A stretch of DNA of 64,000 nucleotides from Felis catus (GCF_018350175.1 NC_058383.1:27530001-27594000); one strand, 5' to 3'; positions 1-12,560 are shown, counted from the first letter of the stretch. Made by a program: numbers and translations. The notes: generated by a model not told the origin, from the letters alone.

Positions 1-179
1 TTCAGATGACTGATGCCCCAGCTGACATCTTAACTACCATTTCATGAAAGACTCTGAGCCAGACCCACCGAGCTAAGGCACTCCTGGATTCCTGACCTCG
101 GAAACCAGTTGAGATATTTTAAATGGTTTTTTTTTTAAGCTTTTAACTGTTTGTTCCACAGCAGTAGATAACCAACACA
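1..179 (+). mobile_element. MaLR solo LTR 3' end (MLT1F/E-like), cut by window start
   Basis: cagatgactg..ccccagctgacatctt..actctgagccagacccacc.agctaag..ctcctggattcctgacc..agcagtagataaccaacaca resembles the MLT1 LTR 3' half and ends in CA. Confidence 0.75.
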
Positions 180-859
180 AAGTGACTGACATGTTGAGGG
201 AAGGAGTAAATGTTCTACCACTGGATATGCATGGCAGAGGGGAGGAGAGACTGGAAATGTCAAGTTGCAAAGGTCCTTGAAGTGCACGCTCAGAAATCTG
301 ACCTCCATTCTGATGAGACTTGCTTGGGCCACCACAGGGCAGTAAGACTTGTGCATTTTTCACATCTAATAACACAAAAGTGGCATTCTTCTGTTTAGGT
401 CTCTCAGTGGTCTCTCATTGCTTTGAGCAGAAAGGACAAATGCTAAGTAAAGCAGAGAGGGCCTTCAGTTTTCTTTCTCTTCCCTTCTTTCCTCTTTTTC
501 TTTCAGCCTGATCTTTTGCCACTCTGTTGTGGCACTGTCCGCATCCCAATGCACACACATACACTGCAAATACTCCTTCTACCCCAAATACTTTGGTTTC
601 TTAGAGATACTATGTTCTCTTAAGCTTTTATAGGCTTGCCCTTGTCCTGGGTACTATCCCTCATCTCTGCCTTTTGGACTACCTGGACTAACTATCCCTT
701 TTTTTGGAAGCCTTTCTTTTCCCCCCCAGTTTGGGAAGGTGCCTCCCATTTACTCCCACCCTCTCACAGGTTAGTATGGGCAGATGTCATTGCACTCACA
801 GGATTTTTCTGGTCTAAATGGACTCTTCTCATTTGTCTATTTCAGCAACTCTTTCCCCA

Positions 860-970
860 CCTAGACTTGAGCTCCACAAGAATTCACTGGTTGCACTTGC
901 TTATTTTTTAATCTCTGAAGACAGCAGGTGTCTAATAAATGTTTGAACAAATGAACGAATACATGATTGA
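860..970 (+). mobile_element. L2 LINE 3' end relic
   Basis: gcaggtgtctaataaatgtttgaacaaatgaacgaat, the typical L2 terminus. Confidence 0.6.
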
Positions 971-1522
971 GTTGTTGATGACTGCTACACCTGCAGACGT
1001 CCAGACTTCTCTGTAGTTTGGTAGCTGGGTGATTTGTCTTGGAAGGGTTCTGAAGAAAAATAAGTCCAGCATTAAGGGGTCTTATCTTGCCCTATGGATG
1101 GATGTACCTCGTGTTTGAGCTGGACATAAACACGGATATAGCAATAGTGGGTCTCACTCTCCTCCACAAATCACTGGACCTGTTCCCCTCAGAGCGGACC
1201 AAGAGGCATTACCCTCACTTTGAAACATGACCTAATTTCACTGACTCATGGGCAGAAACCCTGAGATGCTGGTCCCTTTTGACCAATGTCCCCAATCTTT
1301 TCTCATACGACAGGGTAAAAAAAAAAGTATCCATAACCCTGATCATTTTCAAACAAGTGTGTTCCTGTTAACTGTTTGGAGCCCATTAACTATGTGAGGA
1401 CTGACTGTTTTAGGGGGGATTGGGTTTGGCTTGGACACAAGCTGGGGCAGAGCTGAGAATGTGAAGTGCCTCAGGTATATTAGTGCAAAATGGTGAGGCG
1501 GAAATTTGAGAATTATGTGGAA

Positions 1523-1730
1523 CAGAGGTCAGCAAACTACAGTCCACAAGCCAAATCCAGCTCTATTTTTTATGGCCCCTGAGCCAGGAATGGTTGTTAT
1601 AGTTTTTAATGGTTATATTTTAAATGGTTAGATAAGTGCCTATGTGATACCTTTGATTTTGCCTCTTGGCTTGCAAAGCCTAAAATGTTTATTATACATG
1701 GCCATTTAAGAAAAAGTTTGCTGATCCCTG
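1523..1730 (+). mobile_element. MER58 (MER58C-like) hAT-Charlie MITE, full length
   Basis: Terminal inverted repeats cagaggtcagcaaact / agtttgctgatccctg; internal gattttgcctcttggc..gcaaagcctaaaat. Confidence 0.85.
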
Positions 1731-2901
1731 GTGTATAATAAGAGAGAAAGACTTTCTCAGAGATGGAATCTGGTGAACAGACATGTCTACTTGGAGTTTT
1801 AAGTTCTTCTGTATCCCCTAGGGAATCCGTCTCACCTCTAGATTGGCCATTAAAACTTACCAGTCACCTGTCCTTTGGTGGGCAGGAAACACAGAGGGGA
1901 CTCGATGTATGCATCTGACAACAGGGAGAGGGCACGCAGAAGCAGAGGCTGGGGTCCCAGAGAGAAGCCATCGACCGGTCACTTAGGGCCTCCCTGTTAC
2001 TGTTTTTAGGGTCTCAGGTCAGGTGTGAGAGTAACGGTACAACCCCATCCCCCTTCTTCTCTTCCTACTGCCTAAACCAGCTCCAGCCTGCTGGGTCTAA
2101 CTGGTGCTGTCCTCTGTGAGGGCACATCCCCCCCTTTACTTAATCACGGGGTCCCCTCCTCTCCCAGCAGCCCATCAGCCAGAGTGCCTGGCCACTTCTC
2201 AAAGAGAGCCCTCTTACCCATCAGGGGACGATAATGCCCAGCAATCATTTTGGCTTTTCCAGACTTAATGTTCTCTCTCCTCAGGTCCTTCCTGCCCCAA
2301 TGGGAAGCGTAAGGATGCTATTTTAAGACATCCTTTTGTACCAAAATACCACTTTGAGACACTCATGTCTTTCCTTCCAATAATCTCTTTTGTTTAAAGC
2401 ATAAAGAACTTGTCAGGCGGGGCAAGCCGTAGCTTCCTATGGGAAAGGAGCCAAAGGGCAGTGTGGAGGTTGTCACAGTATTCCTGCTGCCCCAGGGCAT
2501 CAGTGCTTTCTACCTCATAATGCTGAGGGCAGTGGACGCCCTTTGTCTTCTCCAGTCTCTCATTCTCATCTTCACAGACTGGAAACCACAGGGAGAGGTC
2601 ACCAGGGACCCAGGCTCCATGTGACGAGCACCGGGGTGAGAAAGGACAGGCTAATGATGGCCAAGTCGGCACTCAGCCTGGCCACAGGGAAAGAGCTGGA
2701 GAACACGAAGGGAAGAGAGAAGAAAAGGCAGTGGAAAGAGTTTTTCCCACCATGGCAAAAATAATTGGGACTACATCTGAGGTGGGTGTCTGCTGACATC
2801 ATACAAATGACCAGATATTTGGGAGAATGAGTTATTTCCCCCCCTGAAAGCCCCTAAGGTTTTAGGTCTGATTTCTATCACTGTATTCTGCTTTTCTCAT
2901 G

Positions 2902-3147
2902 ATAGCTAATATTTACTGAATGCTAACTATGTATCCTTTACAATGCTAATCAATTTACAAGATTCAGCTCATTTACTGCAGATGACAATCCTGCAGTGTA
3001 GTAAGTACTGACTGTCACTCCATATTTACAGAAGAGGAAGCTAAAGCTCAGAGAGGTTAAGCCACTTGCCCACCATCACACAGCTCATGAGTGGCAGAGC
3101 TGGGACACAGCCAGGCCTGACCCCAGAACCTGAGCTTATCATAACCT
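2902..3147 (-). mobile_element. MIR SINE
   Basis: Reverse MIR core tttacagaagaggaagctaaagctcagagaggttaagccacttgccc..cacacagct. Confidence 0.85.
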
Positions 3148-5119
3148 CTCCCTTAGATCAGCTCTCCCACGGACCTTGCCTCCAGGATCTTTTCTCCCAT
3201 GCCAGCCGGGCACCAGCATATGGTTTGGAGAAGCCAACTCCCGTAGACAGCTGTCTAGATGGTGTTGATGTTATAAATGGTATTATAAAAAATAAGGATA
3301 AGGCTTATAAATCAGGCAAAGGGAAGTTATGATTCTTGTGGACACTCTAATCTATCTTCCTATAATTGCCTGTATATGAAATGCCTGCATGAGGTTATCG
3401 GAGTATTCCCCGAATCGCCTGTGAAGGGAAGATTGCAATTTTAGCAACCCTTGTTACACAAACCAAAGCAATCTGTTCTACTTTGACACTCTGACACCCA
3501 TGGCTGGCAAACGGGATGGAGGTAGGGACGGACAGGAGTTTGTGTACATTCCTGTACCAATGGGAAGTATAAAGGGTTAACCGTGAAACATCATCCGTGC
3601 AGATGATGCTCTGGCCTCTCACCAGGCTAAGGAAGCAATCTTTGGGATACTTACGGAGAAAACCACAGCTTCCCTTCTTTAAACCATCTTTAACCTTTAG
3701 TTCTAGAAACCCTAATTAAAAATCAATTCTGTTTTTTGTAGTAAATCTGACAGTAATTCTATCTCTAATGGCAGTGGCAAGATAAATAGTATGTCAGGTA
3801 AACTCAGCGGGAGAATGACATTTTCATTAGCAATTTACCGGGTGTGAAATTTCTACCATGATAAGGAATCCCTGAATAATACAGGGTAACTGTCCCCTTA
3901 GGATGACCCATTCTACTAATTAATGGGGGACACTAGTGGGATTCAAGTCTCCTACCCAAATAATTTTCGTGCTCACAGCAGAGTTATTTCGTATGCACCT
4001 TGCACTGAGAAAATAAGTCAGGACCCAAAACAATAAACAAGCTGACATAACAAGATGATTGCAGCCTATTGCAGTCCAGAAAAATCTAATCTGGTCTCCT
4101 AACAGCATCACAATCTTTATTGTGACTGTATGGGTCCCAATTCATCAGCCCATTTCAGCAAGCTATCCCCGCCAGTAATCATTCACTTTCAGGGTAGCCT
4201 CTGAACAGGTATCGACTTTAGAGACTGGCAATTCATCCCCGGTTCTGCAGCCCCTCCATCCAGATTCTTTGGCAGTCTCTGAAGCAGGTTGGGAGAGAAA
4301 ATTTTGGCCCATACATGCAGGACCTCCAGAGAGACTGTGAAGGAAGGAGAGAAGGCAGGCAAGCAAAATTCTCCAGCTCAAAGCAAAGAGAGAATATGAT
4401 ACTGGCATCATATCCTGTCCCTGCTCTCATCCCAACAACATTCCCAGTGACCTAGGTGGGATCATGAAATATTAGGACTAAAAGGTATAGACAGAAGATG
4501 CTTACAGTTATTGAGGTCCTACCCTATGCCCGCTCTAGAGACTTCGGGCGTCCAAGGACTATTATGGAGGATTCCTCGGAAAATCTGTTATCAGGGATTC
4601 TGTAACTGCCCCATAATATTTTTTCCTTTTCAAGGAAACAGATAAGACCATTAGACTGGGAAATGTTCTTAACCAGAGATTGGACAAGGTCTCTGCACCC
4701 TGCTGAACAGGGGCCTGCACACCTCCGCCACAGATGAGGGATACAGATATGGAATGGTCAAGGTACCATGTTTGGGAATCCAGCTTGGTTCCTGTGTTTG
4801 GTATGCACATCTCCAAAGACAGATGGAACTTTGGGTCTTGGATATGGCAAAAGGAAGCTGTAATTGGAGTTTATCTGGGACTCATAATAAAATGTCAGGA
4901 TACAGCCCTCCCCTTTGCTGGAGGGATCACTTGATATTTCAAGCAGTAGGCTCTGGTGTTGAAGCTGGTGCAATTCTGAATGCTTTCCATCTGTACTTAC
5001 TATTGGGGTCAATCATGTAGCTGGCACGCTAATCACTTTGCATGCTGTACCCCCACCCCCAATCTTTTGGTGGGCTCCCACAGAGCCTGCGGAGAGGATA
5101 ATGAGCCTGTGGTTGTGCC

Positions 5120-6032
5120 CCCTGACCACAGGTTAGGCCAAGGATAGAAATGAAGTCTAAGCCTAGATAAGCTTTAGATATTGAGAATGTGGCTCAGGCA
5201 CTCTATGTGGCTGCTAATGGGCACTGCACTGAAGAGCCACACAGTTCTGAGACATGCATGGCTCAAAAAAGGCATCACTGATATGCAGAGAGAGAAAAAA
5301 GACGGGGCAGATAAACCCTCAGACACAAAGAGGGGACACACGTGTCCCCCTATCTAGCCATGCCCCTAAGGTAGAGCTATGCACCAGGTCTCTTAGATTC
5401 CAGGTCCCTGGGAGACATGGCTGAAATCCCTGCCCTTGGACTCTGAATGACGTTCCATTGTTTTACTCAGTGTCCTTTAGTGGCAAGTCCCAGAGACAAG
5501 GGGGTGTACTGGCTTATAGTGCTGCCAGTATGGAGACAGATGACTCCAAGTGTTCAATGTCAACAGGGCTCTCCTTCTTTGTCTCCTGTTTCTGCCTTCC
5601 TCTCGGCTGGCTTCCTTCTCAGATGGGCTCACCAAATGCTCTCAGAAGTTCTGGCTTTGCAACCACAATGGAGAAAGTGCCCCCTCATTTCCAGTAGGTT
5701 TAGAAAAACTGGGAGACTGATGCTCATCGAATAGTTTAGGTCACAACCACCAAGGAGCTAAGCCACTGAGTGGAACATGTTGACCAATCAGTCCGTCCTT
5801 AGAAGTCACTGTGAAGAGGCATCAGCCCCACCCAAATCATGAGCACGAAGGGATAGAAAGCAAAGGGACACCACCCAAAGGCACACTGGGGTGTTGTTCC
5901 CAGAAGATGGATGTTGGGCAGGTAACAAGAAAGAATGTCTGCTATACCCTTGTCTCCCTTCAAAGAAACTCTTGTTTTAAGTTAGTCTGAGAAGATTCTG
6001 TTTCTCGTCACCAAATAGTCCTTAACTAAACA
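5120..6032. mobile_element. Old MLT1 (J/K/L-type) LTR fragments, probably one nested in another in opposite orientation
   Basis: MLT1-type 3' end ttgttttaagttagtctgag..tctgtttctcgtcacc..ccttaactaaaca near 5970-6032; reverse MLT1-like text at about 5500-5945. Confidence 0.45.
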
Positions 6033-6310
6033 TCTAGAAAACTGTGCAGGAAATGAAAATGAATAAGACAGATTTCAGCTGTCAAAGACCTTACCTTTTT
6101 ATAAGGAAGATAAACCCAATGTACATAAATTGTACATCACAAGTAAAAGCTTGTTTCAAAGGTACAAAGAATCCCAGAATTTCAAAGGCAATGACACTAA
6201 GGTAAGCAAGAAGTTTCTTTTTGATTTTTGTTTGGCTTGGGACGTAGGGAAAGAATGGCTAGGGTTTCAAATAGACAGGGAGAGTATTTCCAGTTAAAGA
6301 AAATGGTGTA

Positions 6311-6529
6311 GAGGTGCCTGGGTGGCTCAGTTGGTTAAGCATCTGACTTCGGCTCAGGTCATGATCTCACGGTTTGTAAGTTTGAGCCCCGGGTCGGGCT
6401 CTGTGCTGACAGCTCAGAGCCTGGAGCCTGCTTTGGATTCTGCGTTTCTCTCTCTGACCCTCTCCCGCTCCCACTCTATCTCTCTCTCTCAAAAATAAAC
6501 GTTAAAAAATTTTAAAAAAAAAGAGAAAG
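6311..6529 (+). mobile_element. Feline CanSINE (SINEC_Fc type)
   Basis: tRNA-derived head gcctgggtggctcagttggttaag, CT tract, A-rich tail; TSD aaagaaaatggtgt at 6296-6309 and 6530-6543. Confidence 0.97.
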
Positions 6530-6679
6530 AAAGAAAATGGTGTCATCAAATACCTAGAGGCTGAAAAGTACAAGAATAAGTTAAAAGTGTCAAGCTTACC
6601 CCAAGTATCTCCTCCAAGTAGCTCTCCTACCCAATGCCCCAGTGTCAGGCCTCGCCCAGACTCAGGACATCCACTTTTA

Positions 6680-7100
6680 CCCCATTCCAATCATTTTCCA
6701 CTTGCCAACTAGAATGAACTTTTTCAAATGCAAATCTGGTGATAATGATACCCTCTTGCCTTTCCATGTTTCCCACTGCTCTGATGATCTAGATTAAAAT
6801 TCTTACCTACTTTCCTTTCTTTGCACTCCAGCACAGTGGATGTTCTCTAAGTTATATGAATTTTCCAAAGCCTCAGATATGCTGGGGAGGCCACCTGAAA
6901 TGCCCCTTGCCCCATCTCAACCCCTTCATGTAGTGATTAATTTATACCCTTCCTTCAGATCTCTACTTCAGGAAGTACAGTGTCACCAGGCTAGTTGAGA
7001 TCTCCCTGTGATTCTCACACACTGTCACCCCATATTTAGCTTTATTTGCCTCATTTCAGTTAGTAAATTAAACTTTATTTGCATGATTATTTCACCAATG
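6680..7100 (+). mobile_element. L2 LINE relic
   Basis: ctagaatgaactttttcaaatgcaaatctg and tccttcagatctct resemble the L2 3' region. Confidence 0.6.
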
Positions 7101-7211
7101 ACTCTTCCTTCAAGAGTAGGTTTTCTCAGCCTTGGCTTTATTAACATTTTTGTCCAGATGATTCTTTGTTGTGTGGGGGACAGGGCTGTCCTGTGCATTA
7201 AAGGATATTTA

Positions 7212-7377
7212 GGGGCTCCTGGGTAGCTTAGTCAGTGGACATCTGACTGGCTCAGGGCATAATCTCACGGTGTGTGAGTCTGAGCCCCGCATCGGAGCCG
7301 GCTTCATATCCTCTGTACCCTCCCCTGCTCGCACTCTCTCTCTCAAAAATAAATAAAACATTAAAAATAAATAAAGA
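7212..7377 (+). mobile_element. CanSINE, internally shortened
   Basis: ggggctcctgggtagcttagtcag head and tail; outer TSD taaaggatatttag at 7199-7212 and 7607-7620. Confidence 0.9.
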
Positions 7378-7378
7378 A

Positions 7379-7599
7379 GGGACGCCTGGGTGGCTCAGCT
7401 GGTTGAGCGTCCGAATTTGGCTCAGGTCACGATCTCGTGGTTCGTGAGCTAGAGCCCCGCGTCGGGCTCTGGTGCTGACAGCTCTGAGCCTGGAGCCTGC
7501 TTCAGATTCTGTGTCCCCCTTTCTCTCCACCCCACCCCTGCTGGTGCTCTGTCTCTCTCTGTCTTTCAAAAATGAATAAACATTAAAAAAAATTTTTTT
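7379..7599 (+). mobile_element. Feline CanSINE inserted in the tail of the preceding SINE
   Basis: gggacgcctgggtggctcagctggttgagcgtccg..gagccccgcgtcgggctct; flanked by aaataaataaag on both sides. Confidence 0.95.
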
Positions 7600-7827
7600 A
7601 AATAAATAAAGGATATTTAGCAGCACCCCTGACCTCTACCCACTAGATGCCAGAAGCACCCCTCCCTGAGTTGTGACAACCAAACATATCTTCATACTGC
7701 CCAAAAGTCTCCTGTGTGGATGGGTGGGAAGCAAAAGTGCCCCATTAAAAACCACCACTCCACAGCCTACTGCACTGGAAACTCCATGAGGAAAGAAACC
7801 GATCCAGTATGCCTGGTAAATGTAGAT

Positions 7828-8010
7828 ACATGGTTCTCAATTTCAAGTGAACTTCAGAATCACTTAGGAAGCTTTAAAAAAATTATGATGCACGATCTAA
7901 CCCCATGCTAAGTAAACAGAACTCTCTGAAGGGAAGGGGTGGGGGGGGGAACTGAGGTCCAGGCATCCATAAAAAGTTAAATCTCTTGTGCAGCTGGGGT
8001 TAATAATCAC
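7828..8010. mobile_element. MER5A-like hAT MITE
   Basis: tggttctcaa..tcagaatcactt.ggaagcttt.aaaa..gtgcagctggggttaataatcac. Confidence 0.65.
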
Positions 8011-8529
8011 CAAAGTAGATGTCCATTGCTAAACTCTTTACTTGATGAATGTAGGGGAGGAATGGAGATGGTGAGGGAGAAAGAGAAGGCAGGGAAGGGA
8101 GACAGGGAGGAAGTACAAGGAAGAGAAGCAAAGGAAGGAAAGAAGAAGGAAAGGAAGAAAGAAAACCAAAGTCTCTTGCTGGACTGTGACTCATAAGAGA
8201 AATCTGGCTATTAAGGCTGGAAACCTAGGCTGGGACCATATTTGAAGAGTTACGAATATTATGTTGTCATACTTGGGGTAGACAAAAGGAAGTCAATGAA
8301 CACGGCAGAGCAAGGATGTTCAAGTTCAGTGTTTTAAGAAGGTAAATGGGTCGTCCAGCTCACACAAGGAATTGGAGTGAAGAGATCCAGAAATGAAATG
8401 AATTCTATGAAAAGGTTTGGATGATGAGAAATAGAAAGGAAACAACAAATACCAAAGATTCTCTATGGGAAGAAAAGACAGGTGATTACAGGTGATAAGT
8501 ACAGGGCTGCCTTTGGGAATACAAGAGCC

Positions 8530-9000
8530 GCGTATCATTCTGCAGTTTAGTAAGGACGACAGATGTGGAAAAATAGGGACTAACGTGGCGTTACAAAAGA
8601 CGAAGCCCAGGGTGCCGCTGGAGCATAAAGCAGGTGCGTAACCTGGCCTCAAGGGTCTGACAATGCTTCTCAGAGGAAAAGACCTTTCCACTGGGACTTC
8701 TGGGGTGAAGGGGTGGGGTCAAAGAGGGAGAAGGAAGGGAACTAGGAAAATACAATTGGGCTAGGGCATGGCAAGAGCAAAGCAAAACAATGACAGCTGG
8801 ACAGCTGAGGCAAGAAAAGTCCTGGATGATCGTGGCGGTCTTTGTAAGCCTCACTCAGGCTCTTAGACTTTATTCGAAAGTCAGGATAAGCCATGGTGAG
8901 AAGGGTTTTAAGCAAAGTAGCAATACCACGCAGATTTGTAGTTTTTTTAGGTCCCATTTTGGCTATGGGGTGCAAAGGAGAAATGTGGAGAAAGAAAAAA
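8530..9000 (-). mobile_element. L2 LINE relic
   Basis: gactttattc..agccat..agggttttaagca..cagatttgt..ttttggct, typical of reverse L2. Confidence 0.65.
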
Positions 9001-9379
9001 GCCAGCAAAATGTTTCCAGGGCTTTAAACCCACTTGAGTGGGAGGAAGAATGGCCATATTAGCAGCAATGGGGAGAAGAAGCCAGTGACCAGAATTATGG
9101 GATAATAGGTATTCAAACATTTTCTTCCATTATTTTATAAAACCTTTAGGTTCCTTGCACAGAGTTCCCGTGTTGAGAAGAGTAAGGAAGAGCTTCCATT
9201 GTTACAGGTCCCACAGACTGTGCCTGGATCCTTCTTCCCCTATAGTGTTCAAATTTCAGTAAGAAGAAGTGCTTTAAATGAACCAAGACTCCTAACGCTG
9301 AGAAGCAATGAATCTCTCCCAGGCAGTATTTCTATATCCCTGAAGAATCTCAACAAACAAAGAACATGGCCTGTGGAAC

Positions 9380-9560
9380 AGACCAACCCAATTTCCAAAC
9401 CCTGCCCTTTAGCTGACCAGCTGGACAATTTCCTTAACTAGTCTGAGCCTCAGTTTCCTCACCTGCAAATTAGGAAGACCAATACTTCCCTGTGTGGATG
9501 TGAAAATCAAATGACAGATGACATTTGGACAGTGCCCCGAAAAGTGGTTGGCAGTAGATA
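9380..9560 (+). mobile_element. MIR SINE
   Basis: cttaactagtctgagcctcagtttcctcacctgcaaat core. Confidence 0.8.
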
Positions 9561-9699
9561 AAGGTTGATTTTATCTCCATTCAGAGAGGCATCCAGACTA
9601 GGCGGATTCATCGGCAACTTAAGCTATTCACTGCCATGAACTATTATATCATGAACAGCCATTTCCACAATGTAGCATTAATTCAAAATAGTACAGGCA

Positions 9700-11364
9700 T
9701 CAATGTGATACATCGCATCAATAAGAGAAAGGATAAAAACCACATGATCATTTCAAAAGATACAGAAAAAGCATTTGACAAAAGTACAACATCCATCCAT
9801 GATAAAAATCCTCAACAAAGGGTTTGCAGGGAACATACCGCCACATAATAAAGGCTTTACATGAAAAACCCACAGCTAACATCACACACAATGGGGAAAA
9901 ACTGAGAGCTGTCCCCCTAAGGTCAGGAACAAGACAACGATGTCTACTCTTACCACTTTTATTCAACATAGTACGGCAAGTCCTAGCCATAGCAATCAGG
10001 CAACAAACAAATAAAAGGCATCCAAATCATTAAGAAGCAAAACTTTCACTATTTGCAGGTGACATGATACTACATATAGAAAACCCAAAAGACTCCACCA
10101 AAAAACTACTAGAACAGATCAATTAATTCAGTAAAGTCACAGGATATACAATCAATATACAGAAATCTGTTTCATTTCTATATACCAATAATGAAGCGGC
10201 AGAAAGAGAAACTAAGAAAACAATCCCATTTACAATTGCACCTAAAATAATAACATACCTAGGAGTAAACTTAAAGAGGTAAAAGCCTATATCTGAAAAC
10301 TCTGAAACACTGATGAAAGAAATTGAAGATGACACAGAGAAATGGAAAGATATCCCATGATCATGGATTGGAAGGACAAATATTGTTAAAGTGTCTATAC
10401 TACCCAAAGCAATCTACACGTTTAATACAATCTCTATCAAAATACCAATAGCAGTTTTCACAGAACCAGAACAAACAATCCAATTGAAAATGAGAAGTTA
10501 TGAACAGACATTTCTCTAAAGAAGACATCCAGATGGCCAAGAGACACATGAAAAAATGCTCAACATCACTCATCATCAGGGAAATGGAAATCAAAATCAC
10601 AATGAGATATCACCTTATACCTGTCAGAATGGGTAAAATCAAAAATTCAAGCAATAGCAACTGCTGGCAAGGATGTGGAGAAAAAGGAACATTCATGCAC
10701 TGTTGGTGGGAATGCAAACTGGTGCAGCCACTCCAGAAGACAGTATGGAGAGATTCCTCAAAAAATTAAAAATAGAACTACCCTACGATCAGGAATCACA
10801 CTACCCAAAGAATATGAAAACGCTAATTCAAAGGGATACATGCACTCCTATGTTTATAGCAGCATTATTTATGATAGCCAAACTACGGAAGCAGCTCAAG
10901 TGTCCATGGATAGATGAATCAATAAAGAAGGTGTGGTTATACATACAATGGAATATTATTCAGCCATAAAAAAGAATGAAATCCTGCCATTTGCAACAAC
11001 ATGGATGGATCTGGAGAGTATAATGCTAAGCAAAATAAGCCAGTCAGAGAAAGATAAATACCACATGATTTCACTCATATGTGGAATTTAAGAAACAAAA
11101 CAAACAAGGAAAGAAAAGAAAGAGGGAGAGACAAACTAAAAAGCAGAAAACAAACAGATGGTTACCAGAAGGGAGGTGGGTGGCAGGATGGGTGAAACAG
11201 GTGAAGGGGAGTAAGAGTACACTTATCCTGATGAGCACTAAGTAATGTACGGAAGTGATGAATCACTATACTGCACACCTGAAACTAATATAACACTGTT
11301 AGTTAACTACACTGGAATTACAAAAAAACCAAGAAACAAAAACAAACAAACAAACAAACAAACC
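9700..11364 (+). mobile_element. 5'-truncated, internally deleted carnivore LINE-1 (ORF2 RT and C-terminal remnants, 3'UTR, A-rich tail)
   Basis: ORF2 peptides [75 protein letters not shown]; (CAAA)n tail; TSD atagtacaggca at 9688-9699 and 11365-11376. Confidence 0.97.
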
Positions 11365-11771
11365 ATAGTACAGGCAGAGGAGGCTTACTTGAAAGATTCT
11401 TCCCTTCGCTTAGGAGCTACAGATGAGTGTTCACAGAGTGGAGAAAAAAAAAATTCAGGACTCCAGGCAATAGAAATATTTGAATAACGGCAGAGCCAGA
11501 ACATTTGTAGCAAGTCAATAGACCACTATTCTCTTCCCAGTAAATTCTCTATCTTGAGCTTCTATAATATTGGCATCTTTGTTACGAAGCAACTTCTGAT
11601 CTATTACTCTTATAAAGGCATACCGGATGCACTGGAAGGAGAATGTTGCTTTATTGCAAAGCCAGGGCCTTGTGTTTATGATTTACAGCATAGCGGTGTG
11701 TGCCTGCCCGAGATCCTCCACACTGGCGACAAATCATGCGAAGGAAATGAACTTATCTTGATGTCTGGCCT

Positions 11772-12320
11772 GTGTGTTCAGCCAGCACTCTTCAGATTGC
11801 GAAGGGCAGACACACAACTCAAAATGGCTTAAGGGAAAGTGGAATCGTAAGGATGTTGAGGAATCTCAGGAAACAATGGGACAACCAAGCCCAGGTAAAG
11901 GCAGGAATTTGGGGGAGCTCTTAGGAACTGTAAAACCAAGGATTCAAGACATACTGTGATTCTTTTCTTATTTCCTGTAGACATTTGTCTACGTATTCCC
12001 TTATTCTTCTCTCCCACTACCAATGGGTTTTCCAAAACAAAACAACAACAAAAAAAACATTGGCCTCTGATAACTCCTGAGTTTTCTACTTATGATGTCA
12101 GTCCTCCAAGGGATACCGAGCTCTTTCCTTTAGTGATGGTCCAAATGTCCTCATGAATGAACCCAATGTCTTAGCTTGGGTCAGGTGCCCATTCTAGGGC
12201 CAATCAGCTGATTCCAGTACAGAGTAGTGTACTGTGATTGGTCCATTCTGGATCACATGCCTACATGGGGACCGTGGCTGGAGATGCAGGGAACATGGTC
12301 CCTCAGAAGGAAACCAAACA
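11772..12320 (-). mobile_element. MLT1 (J/K-like) MaLR LTR
   Basis: tgtgttcagccagcactcttcagattgc..acaactcaaaatggcttaag start; cttgggtcaggtgcccatt..ggccaatcagct..tgattgg. Confidence 0.65.
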
Positions 12321-12444
12321 GAATTTGTAGGTGGAGGGGCAGTTTCCAGAAAAAGAGCAAGGCTGGACAGACAAAACCATGGGTGAACTCTACATTTCTC
12401 TCCTAGTGCTAAACACAGTGAGGGCATTTTGCCTCAAGCTTCAA

Positions 12445-12560
12445 TTATTTGTTTATTCATCTCTTCATCCTTCATGCATTCATTTGTTCAGACACCAAAC
12501 ATTTATTAGAGCCTTATCTGTCAGATCATGGCCATTTTCTGGGTTTCACGAGGAGCAAAG
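12445..12560 (-). mobile_element. L2 3' end relic
   Basis: ttcatgcattcatttgttcag..aaacatttattagagcc. Confidence 0.6.

Larger units (their letters stand above)
7117..7759 (-). mobile_element. MER20 hAT MITE interrupted by two CanSINEs
   Basis: ggttttctcagccttggc..attctttgttgtg..gctgtcctgtgcatt, then after the SINEs tttagcagcacccctgacctctacccactagatgcc..gttgtgacaacc. Confidence 0.9.

Noticed and set aside
9636..10969. Functional reverse transcriptase CDS
   Set aside because: Fragmented L1 ORF2 with frameshifts, an FAGD catalytic motif and an internal deletion.
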